In this document: positions 19,026 through 27,019 of the stretch, one piece after another | Layout of the letters: each line of letters opens with the position of its first letter | How positions within the stretch are numbered: position 1 is the stretch's first letter | Source of the DNA: a virus | Strand: one strand, 5' to 3' | Virus record (IMG/VR): IMGVR_UViG_3300020182_002648 | Span: 82,810 to 146,809 of that record | DNA length: 64,000 nucleotides | The notes under the pieces: model-generated | Database searches by the model: none | Told to the model about the DNA's origin: nothing | The model's input: the letters and a program-made list of their open reading frames with translations, nothing else | Made by a program: the position numbers and the translations under genes

Positions 19026-19838
19026 TTATTCTCTAGCATTCATTATAACAATTTTATCAAGGCTATCAGCATATTTGGCGATCAACGCAGAGTATTCTCC
19101 TTGTGTTGGTATGAATATGTCTCCTGACAGCATGTCTAACAAGTCACTATCAGCATCACTTGAACGGAATTGAGTTTTTATGCCACGACATGTGAAGACA
19201 TCACCTACCATATACATCTCATCAACAATCTCATCTAGATGTACCTCTACTTGCGAATCTCTAGTCCCGAGATCTTCGTGTGTTCCGGAATATATTGTAA
19301 TACTATCGCAATCAAGCTCGATCAATATATCAGCAATTTCATGAAATTTCTTAATTGGTGTGTACATTCTCCATTCTTTACCTACATGTCTAGAGATGCT
19401 CAGAACATCACCTGTTCTCAGATGTAACTGAGCAATGGTATCAGGGGAGCTCAATCTACTCTCTATTAAATTAAAGAATTTACGCTCTCTCGTGTCTATA
19501 TTATCACTTATATCAATTGACTGTATGAACATAGATAACAAACTCCCAGGGAAAGCATCTACCATCCACTCTAGATCACTCATCGAATTACAATGAGTGG
19601 CATAATTATAAAAATCACCCAACCTGTAGAGGTATCTCTCATCATCAACCGCGTGACAGCCAGTAAACCGGTCTAGATCAGGTGCTCTAGAGCTCTCATC
19701 AGAGCATGTATGTATTGTGTCTGTATATATTATTGAGAATAATTTTGCCCTCATGTTAAAGTTCATTGATCTTCGCTCCGGAGCATACTTTATGTTAGAG
19801 TTTAAATACATACTATCCTTAAGTTGTGCCCGGGTCAT
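19026..19838 (-). CDS. fucosyltransferase-like GT-B protein
   Basis: LHLRTGD and D..MLSGDIFIPTQGEYS resemble GT11/GT23 motifs. Confidence 0.6.
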   Translation of the reverse strand: MTRAQLKDSMYLNSNIKYAPERRSMNFNMRAKLFSIIYTDTIHTCSDESSRAPDLDRFTGCHAVDDERYLYRLGDFYNYATHCNSMSDLEWMVDAFPGSLLSMFIQSIDISDNIDTRERKFFNLIESRLSSPDTIAQLHLRTGDVLSISRHVGKEWRMYTPIKKFHEIADILIELDCDSITIYSGTHEDLGTRDSQVEVHLDEIVDEMYMVGDVFTCRGIKTQFRSSDADSDLLDMLSGDIFIPTQGEYSALIAKYADSLDKIVIMNARE

Positions 19839-20785
19839 TGTTTCTTCTCTTTGTATATTTTTAGCAGACCGTCACAGTTACATGAAGCGTGTGGACATTT
19901 CACTGGACAAACCCGGGTTATATTTTTAAAGAAATATATATCTCTCACTAGATCCACTGGCTCATCAAAACATACCCTATGTGCGATTCCATCATATGAT
20001 ATCTCATAATTATTATTCCAGCAATCCCAGTCCTTGAAGTTAGTAAATTTGTTTTCAAATATATTATAATCATTGTACATCTGCTTGTCTCCGGTTGCCG
20101 TCTCGAATGTAAAGTAATCCGGGTAATCCTTAAATCGTTGAAATTCACTATAAAACTCTTGATTGTATTCTTCTAGCTTATGTACATCTCCTTCTGCATA
20201 TAAAAAGTGAGGATGTATCACAACTTGATCGCCATATTTTTCGATCTCATCGACAAATTTATGAGTCTTGTTCCATAGACTCTTATTTGGTGATAGCATT
20301 ACATTTATCTTCACTCGGAATTTCCTTCGGGTAGCGATCTCAATATTATCTAGTAGTTTCTTGAAGTTCTCGCCATACCGAGATTCATACTCAGGGTGAA
20401 AGCTGAACAGGAAATACAATCGCTCGTGAAACTGATGCTGCTCAAATATACTAGATCGTTGTGAACCGTTTGTAGTTATATACAATCTACCATCTTGATG
20501 TGTAGTGACTGCATCCAGGCACCGGTTTACAAGCTCATCATAATGTGGATGGATTGTCGGTTCTCCTCCTAATAATCCTAGAAACACTGGTAAGCTACTT
20601 CTAGCAATATTATTTATCACTAACTTTTGCTTGAACCACTTATCTCTTCGTCCCCACTCTTCGCCATAATCTTTCATCGCATAACAATATGTACACTTGA
20701 AGTTACACTGAGTGCTAACATCCCAATGAATATATAACCGCTGCACCTTGTGCTTTGTGTCGTATTGCTTTACATAATTATTCAT
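19835..20785 (-). CDS. radical SAM protein with twitch/SPASM domain
   Basis: CNFKCTYC, GGEPT, TTNG, WDC...CPHASCNC. Confidence 0.9.
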   Translation of the reverse strand: MNNYVKQYDTKHKVQRLYIHWDVSTQCNFKCTYCYAMKDYGEEWGRRDKWFKQKLVINNIARSSLPVFLGLLGGEPTIHPHYDELVNRCLDAVTTHQDGRLYITTNGSQRSSIFEQHQFHERLYFLFSFHPEYESRYGENFKKLLDNIEIATRRKFRVKINVMLSPNKSLWNKTHKFVDEIEKYGDQVVIHPHFLYAEGDVHKLEEYNQEFYSEFQRFKDYPDYFTFETATGDKQMYNDYNIFENKFTNFKDWDCWNNNYEISYDGIAHRVCFDEPVDLVRDIYFFKNITRVCPVKCPHASCNCDGLLKIYKEKKQ

Positions 20786-21722
20786 GTTTATAAAAGTTAT
20801 AACAATCAGTACATGGGCAACCAGTAGTCAGAGGACAGGTAACACATTCACTTATGTTTTTATTATTTAATAGTAATGGCTCACCGGTGCAACCATTACG
20901 AATCGATCCGTCTGGTTGTATATCCCAAAACGTAGCCTTGCACGACCATCCATAGAAGATATCTAATTCCTTCAATCGGACGTTATAATCGTCTATAATT
21001 GTTGTGTTGTTATCCTTGTCAGTAAACTTAACATCCTGAGATCTAAATAGAGATACACCATACCTCTGTTCAGTATCTCTTAAGAATATATTAAACTCAT
21101 CCACGAACTCATCAGTGTACTCTTCATTCCATACATCACTAACAGAGCTCAGCATTTGAAGCCCTATAGGTACTCCATGGTCAAGTAGATCGATGATAAC
21201 TGCCTTTATCTCACGCCACATCTTTTCATATATATTAATATTACATACATACGATACATGCTTAAACTTGTTCACCCCCACGCTAGTCTCCACAAACTTA
21301 TCTTTAGATTTTTCATATTGAGGATGATATGAGCCGTTGATCTTAAGTTTGTTAAACTGCTGTTGATCGTACTTTGAGTACCACTCTATACTTCTAACCA
21401 TATTTGTGTGTAGGTTTATCTCATTACATTTATTATTCATGCATAGAGATTTTATGATTATATCTATATCATCATGAAGAGTTGGTTCTCCACCTAATAG
21501 ATCCATATTAAATTTTGGTATTGTCTTGAGAGATACCCGCTTTAAAACATTAACGTAAGCAGTTTTATTTCCTGTGGGTTCAACTTTGTTTAGACTCTTC
21601 TTGAAATAACAATAGTCACACCTGTATTGACATTGTGTATTGATATGCCACTTTAAGAATATCGTATCATGATCCTCTCTTCCGGAAGTGATATAATTAT
21701 TCTTCATAGAATCTAGTATCAT
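20778..21722 (-). CDS. radical SAM protein with twitch/SPASM domain
   Basis: CQYRCDYC, GGEPT, GWSC...CPLTTGCPCTDC. Confidence 0.9.
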   Translation of the reverse strand: MILDSMKNNYITSGREDHDTIFLKWHINTQCQYRCDYCYFKKSLNKVEPTGNKTAYVNVLKRVSLKTIPKFNMDLLGGEPTLHDDIDIIIKSLCMNNKCNEINLHTNMVRSIEWYSKYDQQQFNKLKINGSYHPQYEKSKDKFVETSVGVNKFKHVSYVCNINIYEKMWREIKAVIIDLLDHGVPIGLQMLSSVSDVWNEEYTDEFVDEFNIFLRDTEQRYGVSLFRSQDVKFTDKDNNTTIIDDYNVRLKELDIFYGWSCKATFWDIQPDGSIRNGCTGEPLLLNNKNISECVTCPLTTGCPCTDCYNFYKHE

Positions 21723-22356
21723 TATTAAGTTCAGGTACGCTTATGTTGTCCATCCCATCAGTAGTCTGTACCCATTTCTGTTCAGCTATATATTTAAAAC
21801 TACATCCAATCTCTGCTAACATTCCTAGCAAGTGGTAGTCATTTCTTATATTATTACCACGTGGTACTTGATCTATCAGGTTGTTCTTAAATATGATCTG
21901 ACCTAATTGAAAATACTCATCATCAAAGACGTTAAAGAACTCACTCAAGTTAGTGAGAGACTGATACTTGCGATTTTTCCGCATCATCTTATATGCACAA
22001 ACCGGGCCGTAATATTCAATTTCCGGTTCAGAAATATACTCGATATACAGTACATCAGAATCATATACTATGTTGTCAAAAAAATTACTTCTAATATAAT
22101 CATCATCTTCCAGAATATAGACATATTCCCCTCCGGATTGATCATATAACAGCTGATATATATCGGATATATCGATCGATGTTTGATAGTTATATCGAAT
22201 CTGTACCTGAGCGCTATGTATTTCGGTTATATCTTTACTGTCATTGTTAACTATGATTTCGATCGGATAATCTGGTAGATTATTGAGTATACTATTTATT
22301 GATCGTTTAAATAGTTCCGGGCGATTGTGTGTTGGTATTAATATCGATAACTTCAC
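21697..22356 (-). CDS. glycosyltransferase family 2
   Basis: LSILIPTHNR, EIIVNND, ILEDDD. Confidence 0.85.
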   Translation of the reverse strand: MKLSILIPTHNRPELFKRSINSILNNLPDYPIEIIVNNDSKDITEIHSAQVQIRYNYQTSIDISDIYQLLYDQSGGEYVYILEDDDYIRSNFFDNIVYDSDVLYIEYISEPEIEYYGPVCAYKMMRKNRKYQSLTNLSEFFNVFDDEYFQLGQIIFKNNLIDQVPRGNNIRNDYHLLGMLAEIGCSFKYIAEQKWVQTTDGMDNISVPELNNDTRFYEE

Positions 22357-23300
22357 GTTGCTTCTAGTATATTGATGATATCATCGCTCTCGGACAATCG
22401 AATACTATCAAAATCACTTTCGATATCCAGCATGCGATTCTTCAATCCAGTATCATGGTCAAGGTAATCATTGTCAATATTATGATAGATTACATCTCGG
22501 TCATAATGTTTACATTCTGCTGGGAGTCGAGGGCTACCATCAAACATCCCTCGTGTAGGTGTGTATATATAAGTGTTGAATCGACTGAACATATCTTGTA
22601 GAGGAGGTACAGTAAACTCAAACCGGTCATCTGGAATACTTCTGCATTGTTCTGTTATCACAACATATTTCTCAAACTCATAACTATCAGCCACCTGTAA
22701 CAAGTCAGTATCTGAGATTTGTCTGCAGTTGATAGTAGCGTATATCAACCCAGTTGATTCTGTACATGTGTCAACTTGCTTCAATATGTCGAAGTTTATT
22801 TTCTTCTTGTAATTTATACTCAACTTAGTATCCTCTGGATTGCACAGATCATACACTCGATCATCTTGCAAAATAGTCACATCATACGGTACATCATACA
22901 GTGTATCAAACCGCGAGCATTTGAAGGAATACACGCGATCAAAAATCAACTTCGTGCCTTGTCGCTTCAATCTGTGCAAATCACCATCTACAAATAGAAT
23001 ATTATTGCCTTTGATAAACCTCGGTAGATTTGTGAAGTAGGTAGAGTTCTTAATTGAATCTAACTGATCATCGCTCAAGCTATACTTACGTGTTATCACT
23101 AGTTTAAATTCATCCCAACATTTAAACGTGTCACCGAACAGTATACATACATTAAGCTTGGTTGATAGTATCACGAAGTAATCGATTATTTCGAAAACAT
23201 GACCTGATATTCGATGTGGTTGATCTGGGTACCAGGTCATCGATAAACATATATCATACTTCCGATCAAGTATGGTCATGTCACTCATCATACATCCCAT
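22353..23300 (-). CDS. putative GT-B glycosyltransferase
   Basis: C-terminal FDGSPRLPAEC resembles GT-B donor-binding motif. Confidence 0.45.
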   Translation of the reverse strand: MGCMMSDMTILDRKYDICLSMTWYPDQPHRISGHVFEIIDYFVILSTKLNVCILFGDTFKCWDEFKLVITRKYSLSDDQLDSIKNSTYFTNLPRFIKGNNILFVDGDLHRLKRQGTKLIFDRVYSFKCSRFDTLYDVPYDVTILQDDRVYDLCNPEDTKLSINYKKKINFDILKQVDTCTESTGLIYATINCRQISDTDLLQVADSYEFEKYVVITEQCRSIPDDRFEFTVPPLQDMFSRFNTYIYTPTRGMFDGSPRLPAECKHYDRDVIYHNIDNDYLDHDTGLKNRMLDIESDFDSIRLSESDDIINILEAT

Positions 23301-24312
23301 GACGATAATGATTCACGTCTGTGATCTTCTCACCTGGCTCAGGATTCGGCTTGCATGCGGTCACTTGCTTCTCGATACCATCACATATGTTATAATACTT
23401 ACAACTCATACACTCAACTGGCTTGACGTAATCCTCTTCACGTGGTTTACGCGCTGCATCATAAGCCATGTCTATCTTCTCTTCATGACTGTACTGTTTT
23501 GATACGTCAACACTGTAATCATAAATCTCTTTGTTCCAATCATATCTATCATAAATATGTTGATATTGATTGCATACATACTTCTCATATCCTTTCATGT
23601 AACAATAGGGTGTGTATCTAACGTTTATATATCGTACGTGATGCTTTATGTTATCGATACAAATTTTAATATTGTCCGTTACCTCCGTATAATCTATAGC
23701 ATCCGCAAACTTGTTATTTACCCAATAATTTAGAGTCAAGAAATTAACTTCTAATGGGTTTAACCTTTTGATAACCTCGTGATAACTCTTGAGACCTTCA
23801 CAATTTCTTTGATACACTGTACAGTTTACTCTCACTACCATGTCATGAGCATGAGCTAGTTCGATTGCCTGGTTAATCTTCTTCCAGGCACCCTTCCGGC
23901 GGACAATCTCATCATGGCTTTCCTCATCATATCCATGAACACTGAACATTATCTCTTTGAGTCCGCGCTCCTTGCTCTTCAATAAGAATTTCTCACGAGC
24001 AAATGCCCATCCATTACTCAATGTACTTATGTTACTGAATCTTGTATTACAGTAATCTAGTATATCAAACCATTGCTTATGCACGCTGCTCTCTCCGCCA
24101 GATAAATCAACCTCGTCAATACCGTATTTGTGGAGTATATCTATACGTCTCTTTATTTCATCAAAATCTGTCACTTGATCGAGCATGCCTTGGTAATAAC
24201 AAAACTCACAGTCATAATTACAGAACGTACCAGTGTCCAGCTTGGCACGGTTACATCTAGGAGTGGTATAATCTTTTCGTAGTAGTACGGTGCTGAACTT
24301 GTTGCAATTCAC
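23281..24312 (-). CDS. radical SAM protein with SPASM-like domain
   Basis: CNYDCEFC, SGGE, SNG, CMSCKYYNICDG; GTG start. Confidence 0.9.
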   Translation of the reverse strand: MNCNKFSTVLLRKDYTTPRCNRAKLDTGTFCNYDCEFCYYQGMLDQVTDFDEIKRRIDILHKYGIDEVDLSGGESSVHKQWFDILDYCNTRFSNISTLSNGWAFAREKFLLKSKERGLKEIMFSVHGYDEESHDEIVRRKGAWKKINQAIELAHAHDMVVRVNCTVYQRNCEGLKSYHEVIKRLNPLEVNFLTLNYWVNNKFADAIDYTEVTDNIKICIDNIKHHVRYINVRYTPYCYMKGYEKYVCNQYQHIYDRYDWNKEIYDYSVDVSKQYSHEEKIDMAYDAARKPREEDYVKPVECMSCKYYNICDGIEKQVTACKPNPEPGEKITDVNHYRHGMYDE

Positions 24313-24317
24313 ACTAT

Positions 24318-24346
24318 ATTATATACTACCTGACTACAATTTGCAA
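24318..24346 (-). promoter_or_regulatory. sigma70-type promoter TTGCAA-N17-TATAAT-N5-GTG for the radical SAM operon
   Basis: Read directly. Confidence 0.7.
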
Positions 24347-25465
24347 TCAGTCTTTCAATGATGTGATTCGATCTTCTATAACATCAATCCATGTACGATC
24401 AACCACCTTAATTTCACAGTCCGGGTTGTCATGGAGATCTATTTTTTGTTCATCGGTAAGTTCATCAGAGATTGTGAAGGTTTCACCTTGATATATATCA
24501 AGCAGCTCTTGCAATTGTTCCGGTTCGTTTACCTCACTGAGTATATTGATCAATTGTTGTAATTCAAAATTCATTTCAGATGGATCGATATCAATTTCCT
24601 CTTCCACGAACTCTGGTTCAAGTCCCTTGTTTAGTGTTTCATCCATCATGATGTCATCATCAACCAACTGTTTGATAGTGTCTCCGGATTCAATAATTGA
24701 TATCATCAATTCATTATTAGGCCCCGGTAACAGTAAACTGGGCCAAAATCTGAACAACTCCTGGAATGTATTGTATTGTGTTAGGTCAGTTTCCTGTGGT
24801 ATGTCTCTGAACATCTGCTTGATAGTGTCAATGTCTGCTAAATCGTCCTCACTTGTTTGCGCTTGCTTTGCTTCCTCTTCCAGTTGATCGAGCTCAACAA
24901 AGGCATCCTCGCGTTTGGTTCTGATCAGGTTCATGTATTCCTCCCTCATGCAGTGCAGGTCATCATCACACGCACAAGCTAAATCATGTATGTTATCAAA
25001 CTTCAAATTCATTGATTTGAGCGTGTACCACACATCAAATGTTTCCGGGTCTTGTACATTGGTTCTAGTGTGAAGTATCACATCTTCTACATGCTGATTA
25101 TCACACTTGACATGCTTAGAATCACAACAGCATTGTATTTCATCCTTCATCTTCTGTATGGTTTCCAATGTTCGGTCATGGTCGTAACCACCGTCATCAT
25201 CCACGAACACTGACATTATGCCAACATTATCAACCGCATGCACCACGAATTTTTCTGCAAATATATCCCACATCACGATTTGACTCGTGTCAACATCAGG
25301 TATGTCAGTGGTATCGATCGCTTCACAGCAGTAACAATCCTCATGATGAGGCCACATTGTGTAAAATCTATTGGAACCGAAATTGTCTTGATCGTCTTGA
25401 TATATCTCCAAGCGTATCACACTGTCAAGCATTGCTTGTTTAATTTTTTCTATTAGTATCGACAT
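24347..25465 (-). CDS. acidic Cys-rich protein with tail-fibre assembly chaperone-like domain
   Basis: IRTKREDAFVELD...KQMFRDIPQ...WP pattern; follows fibre genes. Confidence 0.55.
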   Translation of the reverse strand: MSILIEKIKQAMLDSVIRLEIYQDDQDNFGSNRFYTMWPHHEDCYCCEAIDTTDIPDVDTSQIVMWDIFAEKFVVHAVDNVGIMSVFVDDDGGYDHDRTLETIQKMKDEIQCCCDSKHVKCDNQHVEDVILHTRTNVQDPETFDVWYTLKSMNLKFDNIHDLACACDDDLHCMREEYMNLIRTKREDAFVELDQLEEEAKQAQTSEDDLADIDTIKQMFRDIPQETDLTQYNTFQELFRFWPSLLLPGPNNELMISIIESGDTIKQLVDDDIMMDETLNKGLEPEFVEEEIDIDPSEMNFELQQLINILSEVNEPEQLQELLDIYQGETFTISDELTDEQKIDLHDNPDCEIKVVDRTWIDVIEDRITSLKD

Positions 25466-25467
25466 GA

Positions 25468-27015
25468 TTAAAAGAGTTTGAAGTGATTAGCACTCGGTGC
25501 TACCCCGACATGTGTTTTACCGGTGTATATGTCATATCCGACTTTTTGAATCCAATGCGTGTATTTCGGTGCAGCACCGGTGCCCCAGTTGGTCCAGTTC
25601 AATTGTTCACCCCACGTGGGGGTTGACATCATTGGATCACCCCATACGTGTCCGGATGATACCCTGTTGCCTTTATCAGTACATACCATTATTCCATTGC
25701 TATAATTTCCACTCTGTCTAGATGTCCATGTCAGCTTGTCCCTGTCTGGTCCGAACGCGGTATCAGTATTTGATTTCCCAATAGCCACAACTTGCTCAGG
25801 CTTGCTTGTGTTCCATATTGCAGCCGCAACCGCGCATGGATTTCTACCTTGAAATTGGTGTGGTACATTTCCATTTTTGACCTCAACTTCGATCTTCTGA
25901 TATCGGTTCGCGCCAGCTGGTAATGTAAAAGTGTGACTCGGTGGCATGTTAGATGAGTGCGAGGCTCCAGTGAATGAAAGTCCAAGCGTGGGTAAACTTA
26001 CCTTCGACGCATCATCTCCACCGACCTTGATAGCCCACGTGTTGGGTTGACCAACACCGAAATCAACCATATCAACATATGTGTATGTTCCTGGTAATGG
26101 ATTCCTTGATTTACCGAAAGCGTCAGTCGCGTTCATGGCATATGACCATGATCCTTGACCCATGTCACCAAAACCAATACCAGTATATTTTGTAAAAGGC
26201 AACATTGGAAATGAACCATTAAATTCAAGCCATTTCCCCCAACCGGCGAGAACTCCACCGTACGGTACGTTCCATGACTGGTAATAAATCGTACCGTACC
26301 AATCGGAGCTGGCAATTCCTATCATGACAGCTTTGTTTGTTGTTCTGATTGTAACTCCTGAACTAGCCGTCCATTCCAACTTGACTGGGTGATGAGATTT
26401 GTTGAATGCATGATCATTGGCCTGCCGGAATAACCAGCTTGAAGTACGGGAGTGAACTCTTTTGGTCGCTCCTAAAAGGAATGATGCAGTCCCGCCGGCG
26501 GAGGTAGTTTTGGCGATCGAATCACATGTGACCTTGACGATATCACCAGTTCCGTGACCTAAAAACCGTTGAGAGTATGCTCCATTCTTCGCATCAGCAT
26601 AACCACCCACAGCCGCGCGTGGTTTCACTCTCTCGTAATATTGCAAACATGTATGATCGCGAAAATCACTGAACTTTACTGGGTTTTTACCTCCATCAAA
26701 TGTTTGATGTAATGCACCTACTGATCCTAAAGTGCCTTGGTTTGTTATCTGTGATTTGTGATAGTTGTCTATGTTAGTTCCTTGAGGTATAGGAAACATC
26801 CTTCTGGCGTACCAGCTCCACATCTCACTCAAGGATGCTTTGTTGTTCCATGATCCTCCTACTTTGGCAGTCTCATCACTACTAGTGAATCCACCGTGCA
26901 CGTAATTTCTTTTATGGTCAGCATACACCCTAGTGGCTGCATTCATGTCACTCATACCAATTGCACCAGTGGCAGGTGTTTGTACTGTTGCTTTTACGTT
27001 ACTTGTTCTAGGCAT
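25468..27015 (-). CDS. putative tail-fibre adhesin / receptor-binding protein
   Basis: GAIGMSDM...VKFSDF motifs, Gly/Trp-rich; immediately follows S74 fibre. Confidence 0.55.
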   Translation of the reverse strand: MPRTSNVKATVQTPATGAIGMSDMNAATRVYADHKRNYVHGGFTSSDETAKVGGSWNNKASLSEMWSWYARRMFPIPQGTNIDNYHKSQITNQGTLGSVGALHQTFDGGKNPVKFSDFRDHTCLQYYERVKPRAAVGGYADAKNGAYSQRFLGHGTGDIVKVTCDSIAKTTSAGGTASFLLGATKRVHSRTSSWLFRQANDHAFNKSHHPVKLEWTASSGVTIRTTNKAVMIGIASSDWYGTIYYQSWNVPYGGVLAGWGKWLEFNGSFPMLPFTKYTGIGFGDMGQGSWSYAMNATDAFGKSRNPLPGTYTYVDMVDFGVGQPNTWAIKVGGDDASKVSLPTLGLSFTGASHSSNMPPSHTFTLPAGANRYQKIEVEVKNGNVPHQFQGRNPCAVAAAIWNTSKPEQVVAIGKSNTDTAFGPDRDKLTWTSRQSGNYSNGIMVCTDKGNRVSSGHVWGDPMMSTPTWGEQLNWTNWGTGAAPKYTHWIQKVGYDIYTGKTHVGVAPSANHFKLF

Positions 27016-27019
27016 GAGA

